Positions 9,417 to 18,360 of a stretch of DNA of 64,000 bases are shown in pieces (within the stretch, counting starts at the first letter, position 1; the number at the start of each line of letters is the position of its first letter). The DNA is taken from contig DATKKG010000061.1 in assembly GCA_035543015.1 (NCBI GenBank), forward strand, positions 2,065 through 66,064, in the 5' to 3' direction. Source of the stretch: Conexivisphaerales archaeon. Lineage in GTDB: Archaea; Thermoproteota; Nitrososphaeria; Conexivisphaerales; DTJL01. Position numbers and translations under genes: made by a program. The notes beneath the pieces are model-generated. The model saw nothing but the letters and a program-made list of their open reading frames with translations. It made no database searches and was not told the origin of the DNA.

Positions 9417-10208
9417 ATGCCTCTCATCGCGCTGCTCAGCGACTATGGCCTTGGCGACCATTATGTGGGAGTCGTGAAGTCCGTGATACTGGGCATATGC
9501 CCCGAGGTCGTCTTCATCGACATCACCCATGAGCTCGCACCGTACGACGTAAAGGATGGCGCCTACGTTCTCCTCCAGGCCTCCAAGTACCTGCCTAGGG
9601 GCTGCGATGTCCTGGCGGTGGTTGACCCGGGGGTCAACACTGATCGCCGGGCTATCGCTGTGAAGACCAAGGAGAGACTGTACGTGGGTCCGGACAACGG
9701 ATTGCTCTACCCTGCCGCGTCCCGGGAAGGGATCCTGGCGGTATACGACGTTGGCAGGGGCGCCCAGCTACTGTCTGAGAAGGGGACGTTCGCCGGCAGG
9801 GACGTCTTCGCCCCCACGATCGCCTGCGCGGCCAAGGGGATGCAGTTGGGGCGGCTGGGCAAGGAGGTCGATGGGATGGCCGTGCTGGAGTTTCCAGGGG
9901 CAAGGTATTCCCCAGACGCCATCACAGGGGAGGTCCTCCACCTCGACCGGTTTGGAAACGCCGTTACAAACATCGAAGGCGAGGGTTTTCACGCTTGGAG
10001 GAAGGGCGAGGCTGAGTTCGAGCTCCTGTCAGGCGAAAGGGCCGCCAGGGTTCGACTGGCGTCGTCATACCAGGAGATAGACGGGACGGGGATCATTGTG
10101 GGCAGCGGTGGGGCTCTCGAAGTCTCCCGCAGGGAGGGAGGGCCCGGCTTCGTCCTGAAACGGGGGGATGGTTTCTCGCTTGAGCTCGTCTCGAAGCCGC
10201 GCCGTTAG
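9417..10208 (+). CDS. SAM hydrolase / SAM-dependent halogenase family protein (DUF62)
   Basis: 263 aa. N-terminus IALLSDYGLGDHYVGVVKSVI and later VVDPGV are characteristic of the family. Confidence 0.8.
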   Translation: MPLIALLSDYGLGDHYVGVVKSVILGICPEVVFIDITHELAPYDVKDGAYVLLQASKYLPRGCDVLAVVDPGVNTDRRAIAVKTKERLYVGPDNGLLYPAASREGILAVYDVGRGAQLLSEKGTFAGRDVFAPTIACAAKGMQLGRLGKEVDGMAVLEFPGARYSPDAITGEVLHLDRFGNAVTNIEGEGFHAWRKGEAEFELLSGERAARVRLASSYQEIDGTGIIVGSGGALEVSRREGGPGFVLKRGDGFSLELVSKPRR

Positions 10209-10298
10209 TGCAACGCGGTTGTCGCGTTTGTTAACACTTCTTGTCGGAAGCACCTATTTAAGCCACGGAAGGACGAACATGTCGCTGCCGGATCACTG

Positions 10299-10607
10299 AT
10301 GACCACAAACAACCTCGTCACGGAGATAGTGTCGAAGACGCTCACCGACCTTTTCGGGCAGCAGACGACAGACATGGTATTCTCGTTCTGCGAACGGAAC
10401 GGTCTCCCCGTGGCGCTCATACCCCAGCGGCTCGTCCCCTTCGGCAAGCTTCTCGAGGCCCTTCTGGGCGAAGTCACCGCGGCCTCGGTCAGCAACCTAA
10501 TCGCCAAGAACATCCTCGCCGAGTTCAACATGACGATCGTTGGTGAGCAGCCGACACTCGAGGAAGCTTCGCGAGTCGTGTGGAACCAGAGGAAGCTCAA
10601 GGTCTAG
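10299..10607 (+). CDS. hypothetical small protein
   Basis: 102 aa, helical, no motif. Possibly distantly related to ORF 27199..27498 (by-eye pattern only). Confidence 0.5.
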   Translation: MTTNNLVTEIVSKTLTDLFGQQTTDMVFSFCERNGLPVALIPQRLVPFGKLLEALLGEVTAASVSNLIAKNILAEFNMTIVGEQPTLEEASRVVWNQRKLKV

Positions 10608-10609
10608 GG

Positions 10610-11089
10610 CTACAGCTCAGACCTTCCCTCAACCTCTTTGAGCCACTTCCTTTTGGCCATGTAATCAGGGCACTCCCTTTCGACCAGGCTCCAGAAGCGC
10701 TTCGAATGGTTGGGCTCCCTGAGGTGCATCAGCTCATGGATGACCACGTAGTCGATCACCTCCTGCGGGGCCGTCGCTAGCTTCATGTTGAAGCTCAGGT
10801 TGCCCTTGCTGGAGCAGCTCCCCCACCTGGTCCTCTGGTTGCGGATCATGATGGTGTTGTATTCGAGCCCCAGCTTCCTGGCAAGACGCCAGACCGTCTG
10901 TTTGATTGCGACGGTTGCCTCCGATCTGTACCAGCCGTCCAGCGCCTTCCTGATTTCGCTGATGGTGGCCCGAGGCACCAGAACGACCGCCTCGTCGCCC
11001 TCGAGGCGGACCGTGGAGCGAGGGTTTCCATCGGCTACGACCTTGACGCGATACTCCTTGCCCCTGAAAAGGACGCTCTGAGCCACCAA
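10610..11089 (-). CDS. YgjP/DUF45-type (M48-like) metallohydrolase
   Basis: 159 aa. The HELMHLREPNHSKRFW motif block is typical of DUF45. Confidence 0.85.
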   Translation of the reverse strand: MVAQSVLFRGKEYRVKVVADGNPRSTVRLEGDEAVVLVPRATISEIRKALDGWYRSEATVAIKQTVWRLARKLGLEYNTIMIRNQRTRWGSCSSKGNLSFNMKLATAPQEVIDYVVIHELMHLREPNHSKRFWSLVERECPDYMAKRKWLKEVEGRSEL

Positions 11090-11220
11090 GCGCCGACCTT
11101 CAGACGAGGCGGGCTGCAGGATTCATAACGCTTTTGGTCTTGGGCGAAGGCACGAAACCTGCGACGATGCCGCCTTTCGTTCTCTGGCTGCCGCTGGGCC
11201 AGACTATGAAAAGCGGTGGC

Positions 11221-12114
11221 TCACCCATCTTTGGGCTTCTGAATGCCGGCGGCCACGTCGGGAGCCTCGGTCACGACCTCCGTGCTCTCCTTGTGCTTGA
11301 GCGGGTGGGTCGGCTCGGGCTTGTCGAGAAGCTTGGTCAGACGCAGGTGCTGGCTGGTGCCACCCCGGCGCACCTTGATCACTTCGGCCATGATAGAGAT
11401 TGCTATCTCCTCCGGGGTTTCGGCCCCGATGTCGATTCCGACGGGGGCGTAGATCTGGAAGAGCCTGTCCGCTGGGATCCCTTCCTTCAGGAGTTCCCTG
11501 TAGGCGGAGTTCACGCGGTTCTTGCTCCCAATCATCCCTACGTAGCGCGCCTTGGTGTCGAGGACCGTGCGAAGGGCCTCCGCGTCGTACCTGTGCTCCG
11601 TTATGACCAGGATGTTGTCATAGGCGTTGATCTTGACCTCCCTGATCTTCTGGAGCACGTCCTGGGTGTAGACCTCGGCGTTCGGGAACGCCTCGACCGA
11701 AGCGAACGGGTCCAGGACCATGACCCTGTACCCGAGCATCTCAGCCAGCTTGTAGCATGCCCGGGAGATGTTCCCTGACCCGAATATGATCAGTCTCTCG
11801 CTGGGCTCCACGAGCTCTAGCGCGACCTTGACGGTGCCGCCGCAGGCCATCCCCAACCCGCTCCAGCTTTCATCACCGAGGTTGAAGTCCTTAATCCGGG
11901 TCTGGCCGTCTTCGAAAACGAACCTGGCCTCACGCACGACGTACTTCTCGACGCAGCCCCCTCCGATGGTCCCAACGGTGGGCCCAGCCTCGGGGATGAT
12001 CATCTTTGTGCTCACGCCCCTCGGGACTGAGCCGTCAGCCTCTACGACGGTGGCGATGACTAGCCTCATTCCGTCCGCCAACATGCGGGACGCGATGGTG
12101 TAGATGTCTTCCAT
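11221..12114 (-). CDS. XdhC/CoxI-family accessory protein
   Basis: 297 aa. N-terminal XdhC domain (ATVVEADGSVPRG) plus Rossmann-like LIIFGSGNISRACYKLAEMLGYRVMVLDP. Confidence 0.8.
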   Translation of the reverse strand: MEDIYTIASRMLADGMRLVIATVVEADGSVPRGVSTKMIIPEAGPTVGTIGGGCVEKYVVREARFVFEDGQTRIKDFNLGDESWSGLGMACGGTVKVALELVEPSERLIIFGSGNISRACYKLAEMLGYRVMVLDPFASVEAFPNAEVYTQDVLQKIREVKINAYDNILVITEHRYDAEALRTVLDTKARYVGMIGSKNRVNSAYRELLKEGIPADRLFQIYAPVGIDIGAETPEEIAISIMAEVIKVRRGGTSQHLRLTKLLDKPEPTHPLKHKESTEVVTEAPDVAAGIQKPKDG

Positions 12115-12130
12115 TGCCTATGAACCCCCC

Positions 12131-12427
12131 TCAGTCCCACCTTTGCCCGCAAGGGCCGATGGCAGGCAGGGGCTTCTCGGCCATCTTCTCGGGGGATCTC
12201 TTGACGATCAGGTGGAAGTCAGCACCTTCCTCTCTGGAGTTCATGATCTCCTGGCCGTGGTTCCAGCAGTACCTCAGGACGTTGTCCTTCGAAGTGTGGT
12301 CGTTGACGACGATCTCAATGACGGTGCCCATCTCCGCCTTCTCGATAGCCCTCTTGGTCATCAGGATGGGCTTGGGGCAGGGTTCGTCCCTCGCGTCAAC
12401 GAGGACTTGCGTCGTAAGCACGCACAA
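12131..12427 (-). CDS. tusA: TusA/SirA-family sulfurtransferase
   Basis: 98 aa. DARDEPCPKPILMTKRAI carries the CPxP active-site motif. Confidence 0.85.
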   Translation of the reverse strand: MCVLTTQVLVDARDEPCPKPILMTKRAIEKAEMGTVIEIVVNDHTSKDNVLRYCWNHGQEIMNSREEGADFHLIVKRSPEKMAEKPLPAIGPCGQRWD

Positions 12428-12671
12428 TAGTAATCGCGCCTATTTACGTAGTAGCTGCTTTAAAACGTTATCCACGGCGACCTATAGGTGATAAGTACAA
12501 TAATGATTCGGTCGCTGACGGGCGTTGCGGCTGGACGAAATGCGAGCCCCCCGATCACGCAGGAACTGGAACTCGCATTCATCTGCGCGGGGCGTCCTGG
12601 TACTTACCGTCTCGGCCTTCCACTTACAATATTAATATAGCGCGGAGGAGCTCATCCCGTTTCAGAACACC

Positions 12672-13868
12672 ATGCTCAAGCGGGTCATGCCAAGCAAGTC
12701 CGCCGCGACGGACTTCTTCATCATACTCGCCACCGTCGTGGCACTGACCTTCTACATCTACTCCGCCTCCGGCATATTCGTCGGTGTGCTTCTTGCGGTG
12801 CTCTTCGGGGCGTTCACCTGGGCACTTCTGAAGTCCACCAAGCCGTACCGCGTAAGGTCCGTCTACGTTTTCGGCCTGACCGCCGCAACTTGGATCGCGT
12901 TCTACGCATTCATTTCCCAGCTGGGCCCATCCTACCTGGGGAAGTGGCTGGCCACACACCAGAGGGTACCGCTGACCCCCGACCCCATAACCAACAGCGG
13001 CTTCGTCTCCATCCTGTGCCCGTACCTGCTCCCGACCGCTTTGGGGAAGCCGGTGACGGTGCAGGTCCCCGTCTACATCAAGTTCTTCTCGTCTTTCCCC
13101 CCCAGCATAGGCACTTTCTCCGTAATCTTCCTGGCTTACCTCGGCACCGCCTTCGTCCTGGGCAAGGGCTGGTGCGGCTGGCTGTGCCCCTTCGGCGGTC
13201 TGGGCGAGACCGTCCGCCAGCTGCACAGGCCGTTCAAGTTCTACACGAAGTCGGTCAGCCGGATCAAGAAGGCCTCCGCGAAGAGGGGGGTCAACCTGGA
13301 GGGACAGGAGCAAAGCCAGATGCTCCGCGACGTGAAGTACGCCTTCCTCGTCGTCACCCTTCTTCTGGCGCTCGTCTACACGGTCCAGTGGTTCTGCGTG
13401 TTCTGCTGGGCCGGCGTTCTCGGATGGTTCGCGTCACCCTTGAACTTCGACATCTTCGTGGCCATCCTGGCCGTGATCTTCCTGGGCCTGCCCTTCATCA
13501 GCACCAAGAAGTGGTGCCACTCCATTTGCCCTATAGGGGCCGGACTGAGCATGATGGACGGGGGGACGCCGTTCCAGATAGAGATCGACGAGGAGGCGTG
13601 CAACGAGTGCTACGCCTGCCTGAACGTCTGTCCGACGTTCGGATTCGCCCGGAAGGCTGACGGGGCGATTTACGTAACGGACACCTGCGATAAGTGTCTG
13701 GTCTGCCTCTACAAGTGCCCCAGCAAGGCGATCGAGCTCCACTTCTACAACATCAAGACCGACGCTAAGAAGTTCCTCGTGCCGAGCGTCACCGTCCTTG
13801 GGGCGTTCTGGTTCTACTGGTTCATAGTCGTGGTCTACAACCTTCTAGTGCTGGGGGTGTTCCACTGA
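12672..13868 (+). CDS. NapH/MauN-like membrane polyferredoxin
   Basis: 398 aa. Polytopic N-terminal half with GKGWCGWLCPFGG. Two CxxCxxCxxxCP motifs (CNECYACLNVCP, CDKCLVCLYKCP). Confidence 0.8.
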   Translation: MLKRVMPSKSAATDFFIILATVVALTFYIYSASGIFVGVLLAVLFGAFTWALLKSTKPYRVRSVYVFGLTAATWIAFYAFISQLGPSYLGKWLATHQRVPLTPDPITNSGFVSILCPYLLPTALGKPVTVQVPVYIKFFSSFPPSIGTFSVIFLAYLGTAFVLGKGWCGWLCPFGGLGETVRQLHRPFKFYTKSVSRIKKASAKRGVNLEGQEQSQMLRDVKYAFLVVTLLLALVYTVQWFCVFCWAGVLGWFASPLNFDIFVAILAVIFLGLPFISTKKWCHSICPIGAGLSMMDGGTPFQIEIDEEACNECYACLNVCPTFGFARKADGAIYVTDTCDKCLVCLYKCPSKAIELHFYNIKTDAKKFLVPSVTVLGAFWFYWFIVVVYNLLVLGVFH

Positions 13869-14557
13869 TGCTGGACCTCCTCGCTGCGGGCCTGCTGCTC
13901 GGGCTGAGCAGCGGGATACAGTGCTCCGTCGCCTGCCTTCCTCTCCTGCTGACCCAGCTGACGGGAGGAAAGACCACGCCCGGGGAAGGCGTCCGCATAG
14001 CCCTGCTGTTCTCGGTGGGCAGGCTTCTGGTCTACTTCTTCGTCGCGTACGTCCTCTTCTATTCGCTGGGCTTCTTCGGGACGGCGCTGCGGAACCCTCT
14101 GTCTGAGTCGCTCTCCTCCCTGCTCCTCGGTGTCATAATGGTGTACTACTGCTATAGGGCCATGTTCAAGAGGGGGAAGGCCGCGTGCAACACGGGCATC
14201 CAGAAGAGGCTAATCAGGCTACCGTTCACCTCCGTGGCGCTGACTGCGAAGCCCGGCAGAAACGGGACCTCCCTTCTGCTGGGTGTCATCTCGAGCCTGA
14301 ACGTGTGCCTGCCCCTGGTCGCGCTCATTTCACTGTCGGCGTTGACGAACCTGGGGGCAACGTTCGCCTCGGTCTCGATGTTCTGGCTCGGGTCATCCGT
14401 CTACTCGTTCGGGCTGGCCCTTATGATGGCGGGGGCGGCGCGGATCAGGATGGGGGCTGCGCTCCGAAGGCGGGTGGGCTTCATAGGGAGCCTCTCCGGC
14501 ATGATGTTCGGCGCCTTCCTGGTTCTGGCGGGGATCGCTTCTCTGGCGCCCCTCTAG
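13868..14557 (+). CDS. polytopic membrane protein (DsbD/CcdA-like, tentative)
   Basis: 229 aa with about 6 hydrophobic segments. N-terminal GIQCSVACLPLL Cys pair. TGATG overlap with the upstream polyferredoxin gene. Confidence 0.6.
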   Translation: MLDLLAAGLLLGLSSGIQCSVACLPLLLTQLTGGKTTPGEGVRIALLFSVGRLLVYFFVAYVLFYSLGFFGTALRNPLSESLSSLLLGVIMVYYCYRAMFKRGKAACNTGIQKRLIRLPFTSVALTAKPGRNGTSLLLGVISSLNVCLPLVALISLSALTNLGATFASVSMFWLGSSVYSFGLALMMAGAARIRMGAALRRRVGFIGSLSGMMFGAFLVLAGIASLAPL

Positions 14558-15006
14558 AAGAGCCTCTGGAAGACGTTGATGTAGTTCAGCATCACGAACT
14601 GAAAGAAGAGGATGCCGACGTAGAAGCCGACGAGATAGACTATGGCCGCCCCGTTGCCTGTCGTGGCGTTCACGTGCTGCCTCAGCGGGCATCCCTCTGC
14701 CATCACGGAGAAGAAGGCGTAGCCGAGGCCCCCTATGGCTGCCAGGATTATCGTGGCGATCGAGCCTGCGCCTGGCTCGTTGTGAAGCATCAGCGGGAAG
14801 TCCGCCATGTGGGGGGCGAACCTGAAGAAGAGCAGGTAGCCGACCAGAGCCCCCAGCGCCATGCCGATGATGGTCCTCATGAAGAGGGTGTCCTTGAAGA
14901 GGTAGAGGTCTCTGTAGCCCGAGATGGAGCAGGACTTCGACCTCTGCCACAGGTAGCCGATCACGCCCCCGGCGGCCAGAGTTGCGAGGCCTATCTCAAG
15001 CGTCAA
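14554..15006 (-). CDS. YeeE/YedE-family membrane protein, second half-size paralogue
   Basis: The family-like sequence (LTLEIGLATLAAGGVIGYLWQRSKSCSISGY) begins at a TTG at 15006. That TTG overlaps the TGA of the upstream half (TTGA). The rest of the long track ORF is Arg/Pro-rich shadow. Confidence 0.7.
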   Translation of the reverse strand: MTLEIGLATLAAGGVIGYLWQRSKSCSISGYRDLYLFKDTLFMRTIIGMALGALVGYLLFFRFAPHMADFPLMLHNEPGAGSIATIILAAIGGLGYAFFSVMAEGCPLRQHVNATTGNGAAIVYLVGFYVGILFFQFVMLNYINVFQRLF

Positions 15007-15470
15007 AACCTGACCCTCCACTTGAGGTAGTTGACGGAGATTACAACTCCAGTGAGCATCCCCGCCAGGCCGATGAGGGCGATCAGGCTGCCATACATCA
15101 CGGCCATTATGATGTGCACCGAGCAGTAGCCCAGCGTCAGCCCGAACAGGGCCACGAAGAAGCCGTTGATGAAGTGGTCCACGGGGTGGCGAGGCATCCT
15201 GAAGTTCCACTCCTTGTTGCGAAAGGTGGAGATGCTGGCTCCTATCAGGACGCCCACGACCGTGAGGACAGGTATGTCGACGGAGGGGTCGTGCACATAG
15301 AGCGTCGTGCCGAACAGGTGGTTCACCGTCCAGTCGATCAGGTCGCTCGGGTGGCTGATGAAGCATATCCCGAAGGCGGACGGAGGGGCCACGTAGAACA
15401 CGGCCTGGGCGATGGCCGCCCATAGGCCGGTCACGAATCCCGCTGTGAGCTTGTCAACCTTCAAGACCAT
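15003..15470 (-). CDS. YeeE/YedE-family membrane protein, first half-size paralogue
   Basis: 155 aa, 4 hydrophobic segments, conserved Cys context FGICFISHPSD. Confidence 0.75.
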   Translation of the reverse strand: MVLKVDKLTAGFVTGLWAAIAQAVFYVAPPSAFGICFISHPSDLIDWTVNHLFGTTLYVHDPSVDIPVLTVVGVLIGASISTFRNKEWNFRMPRHPVDHFINGFFVALFGLTLGYCSVHIIMAVMYGSLIALIGLAGMLTGVVISVNYLKWRVRF

Positions 15471-15475
15471 AACAC

Positions 15476-16348
15476 CTAGACAGTGTCCACCACCTTGCGG
15501 ACGGCAGGCCCAAGGTTCTTGATGATCTGGAAGACCTGGGTCGACGGATCGGGGTTGGTCATCTGCCCGGCCAGGCGGTTCGCCCTTCCGGCGATGACGC
15601 AGGCCTTTACCGGCTCGTATCCGCCCGATATGAGAGCGGACACCATACCCGTGATGGTGTCGCCTGTGCCACCGATGGGCTCCAGGGCGGGGATGTTCGG
15701 CTCTGAGATGGTGCTCACGACCTTGCCGTTGTCGACTATGAAGTCCACCGGACCCTTGATCAGCATGTAGCGGGGCGCGTTGCCGGACGCGTAGGCCTGG
15801 TCTATCAGCTTGGGCACCTGCGTCGTGTCTATCTCGAAGAGCATCGACTTCACGTAGGCCGGGTGGCCGGCCTCCGGGTCAGCGAGGAAGCAGATCTCGC
15901 CGGCGTCGGGGGTGAAGAGGTCGAACTTCCTGCAGGAGCCCGTGGCCTTGGCGATGAGCATGGAGCCCGCGTCCGCGATCATGAAGGGCCTCTTGGGCCA
16001 GTAGTCGAGCATCTCGACGAACTCCATGAAGGGCTTCCGCAGCGGCAGGATGTAGTGCATGGTCAGGGCGGAGGCCCCCAGTGAAGCGGCCTTCTCAGTC
16101 AGGTAGGTGTACAAGGACGCGGACCCGGTCCCTTGGCCGAGGTCGCCAGCTATGGCCCCGACCGGAGGCTCCATGCCAAGGGACTGAGTGCAGGTGGCCG
16201 CCGCGGCCATCATGGCCATGGCGCCGATTGACCTGAGCTCCTTCGGGATCTTCGTTTCGCCCAGGGAGATGGTCTCGCCGTCATACCGTATGGTGCCGGC
16301 CAGCACCTCCTTCTCCTCTATCGGCATCGTGCCGGAAAGCAGGAGCAT
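15476..16348 (-). CDS. ribokinase-fold protein, NAD(P)HX dehydratase (YjeF C-terminal)-like
   Basis: 290 aa. GGTGDTITGMVSALI and FTPDAGE resemble NnrD motifs. The N-terminal 80 aa are atypical. Confidence 0.6.
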   Translation of the reverse strand: MLLLSGTMPIEEKEVLAGTIRYDGETISLGETKIPKELRSIGAMAMMAAAATCTQSLGMEPPVGAIAGDLGQGTGSASLYTYLTEKAASLGASALTMHYILPLRKPFMEFVEMLDYWPKRPFMIADAGSMLIAKATGSCRKFDLFTPDAGEICFLADPEAGHPAYVKSMLFEIDTTQVPKLIDQAYASGNAPRYMLIKGPVDFIVDNGKVVSTISEPNIPALEPIGGTGDTITGMVSALISGGYEPVKACVIAGRANRLAGQMTNPDPSTQVFQIIKNLGPAVRKVVDTV

Positions 16349-16936
16349 CTACTTCATCTTCCTCCAGGCTGCAAGGGCGGCTTCGTAGGCCTTCTGAAGC
16401 GTGTAGGCGCAGAGGGTGAAGCCCAGCTCGTTGGGAGACACGACCTTGTCCAACGGCTGGCCGATCATCTTCAGGGCAAGCAGGGGGATGTCAGGACAGC
16501 CTCCGCCCGAGATGTTGACTATCGTCCCCGTCTTCTTGTTGAAGGTCAGCTTCATGTTGCCTACCCTGATCATGAGCCACTCGCCGAAGTCAACCTTCTT
16601 GATGAGCTTGCTGACCTGCAGAGGAGGGAGGTCTCCTTCGGAAGCGAAGACGACGTCCAGTATCGGGATCCCGTCGGCCCTGAGGACCTTCTCCGCCGCG
16701 TTCACTTGGTTGCTGGGCACCGACATGGCGATGTCGCAACCGGTCCTGACTTCGGGGGGAGGGGCACCAGCCTTGGTATCGAAGCCGGCACGCTTGAGGA
16801 CATGTTCGGCCCTCATGGCGTCCCTGAACAACTCGAACAAGAAGAGGGACCTGGAGAGGCCGTATTCGTCTGTCCGCTTGGACGGTGTGGACATCGGGTC
16901 GCTCGACAAGTCATCTACTGCGTATAATATAATCAT
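16349..16936 (-). CDS. DUF3343-like (putative S/Se carrier) domain protein
   Basis: 195 aa. LFLFELFRDAMRAEHVLKRAG...CDIAMSV resembles DUF3343. The stop abuts the start of the next gene (TAGATG). Confidence 0.55.
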   Translation of the reverse strand: MIILYAVDDLSSDPMSTPSKRTDEYGLSRSLFLFELFRDAMRAEHVLKRAGFDTKAGAPPPEVRTGCDIAMSVPSNQVNAAEKVLRADGIPILDVVFASEGDLPPLQVSKLIKKVDFGEWLMIRVGNMKLTFNKKTGTIVNISGGGCPDIPLLALKMIGQPLDKVVSPNELGFTLCAYTLQKAYEAALAAWRKMK

Positions 16937-16999
16937 TTGACTCCGCAGCCGGACAACGGAAACGCCAAGCCCGTCGAGGAGAGGAATGGAGGAGGGGGC

Positions 17000-17479
17000 T
17001 CATTCGAAGGCCTCCGCCTCCCCGTCCAGGCCCACGATGACATCCGCAAGGGCGGTGACCCCAGCCACCAGGGCGGGCGTGGGCCTCCCCTTCATCTTCC
17101 TCACCTGAACGCCCAGCAGCATTATCTTCGTGCCCTTGAGGTCCTGTGAAATGACTTGGGCGACAACCGCCAGCGGGAACTTGTGGACCAGGAAGGCCTT
17201 CGTTTCCTGTTTCAGGAGGTCCTCCAGCACCACCTCCCCCGGGCCGAGGCTGCGGTCCACCGCGTTAGCCATCAGGATCACATCGGGGTGCGCCTCGATG
17301 ACCTCGGGAAGGAACTTCTCGGGCGTCGTCTCGCACAGGATCGGCCTTATGTTCGCCACTCTCTTCTTGATCTTCCTAAAAAGAAGGGGGCCAGCGACGT
17401 CGTCCCCCCAGTCGCTGCCCACGCACATGACGAGCGTCCGCCGGCCCTTGACGAGCCGGCGAATCTCTTCGGTATCCAT
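17000..17479 (-). CDS. [NiFe] hydrogenase maturation endopeptidase
   Basis: 159 aa. LVMCVGSDWGDDVAGPLL resembles the GxGNxxxxDDGxG motif. Last gene of the hydrogenase structural cluster. Confidence 0.75.
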   Translation of the reverse strand: MDTEEIRRLVKGRRTLVMCVGSDWGDDVAGPLLFRKIKKRVANIRPILCETTPEKFLPEVIEAHPDVILMANAVDRSLGPGEVVLEDLLKQETKAFLVHKFPLAVVAQVISQDLKGTKIMLLGVQVRKMKGRPTPALVAGVTALADVIVGLDGEAEAFE

Positions 17480-17492
17480 TGGTGAGCTACAG

Positions 17493-18359
17493 TCAGGCGG
17501 TCTGGGCTTTCGGGGCTATTTGCTTTTCGTCCTCCAGCAGGGCGTTGTACATGGTGACGAAGTTGTACGAGAACGGGCAGACCCCCGCGCAGAGGTTGCA
17601 CTGGGTGCATGTCGCCAGCTGTTCGGACAGGTACCGGAGCTCAATTGGGGTGAACTTCCTCGTCCTGCGTATCTGGTAGTACTTCCTCAGCTTGAGGACC
17701 GGAGCCTCCATGGGGTCCCTGTTGAATGCCTCGTAGGTCGGGCAGACCTCGACGCACCTTCCGCACTTGCCGCAGGCGGATGCGAAGGCAAGCATGTTGG
17801 TCCTGCTCTCGTTCTTGGTGAACCTCCAGTAGAGCGTGGCTATGCCGTGCCTGACGGCCCCTCCCGCGAAGAAGGAGACCACCAGCCAGGCATAGAGTAT
17901 GGGGAGGTGCAGCGAGCCGAAGAAGGCCAGCGCAGGCGCACCGAAGCTCTGGAGGGTAATGATTCCCAGGACTTCAGACAGCTGTACGAGCCCGACGGCG
18001 GCGAACGCCAGCATGAAGACGAAGTCGAGCCAGAAGACCCTGCCGTAGGCGACCCTGAAGTATGGGTTCCTGAAGTACCTGATCGTCAGCCCTATTCCTC
18101 CTGCCAGGATGAGCAGGCCCGTTATGCCGTGTATCCAGGAGAGAACCCATCCGTTGCCCCCGAACACGTCTGCCGTGCCCGTGAGCATGTAGGGGACCTC
18201 CATGAGGATGCCCGTTATGATGTTGCCCCAGAGGCCGAGGTGGAAGACGAAGTCGCTGTAGCCCACCGTGAAGCTCCTGGAGAACAGGAGCTGGAGCAGC
18301 CCTGGCTTCTTGGCCTGCAGCGACGACAGCTTGTACTTTGCTTCCTTGCTCTTTGCCAT
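17493..18359 (-). CDS. hydrogenase-associated membrane protein: polytopic His-rich domain fused to 2x[4Fe-4S] ferredoxin domain
   Basis: 288 aa with about 5 hydrophobic segments, then CGKCGRCVEVCP and CTQCNLCAGVCP. NarI/DsrM-plus-ferredoxin-like by eye. Confidence 0.75.
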   Translation of the reverse strand: MAKSKEAKYKLSSLQAKKPGLLQLLFSRSFTVGYSDFVFHLGLWGNIITGILMEVPYMLTGTADVFGGNGWVLSWIHGITGLLILAGGIGLTIRYFRNPYFRVAYGRVFWLDFVFMLAFAAVGLVQLSEVLGIITLQSFGAPALAFFGSLHLPILYAWLVVSFFAGGAVRHGIATLYWRFTKNESRTNMLAFASACGKCGRCVEVCPTYEAFNRDPMEAPVLKLRKYYQIRRTRKFTPIELRYLSEQLATCTQCNLCAGVCPFSYNFVTMYNALLEDEKQIAPKAQTA

Positions 18360-18360
18360 G

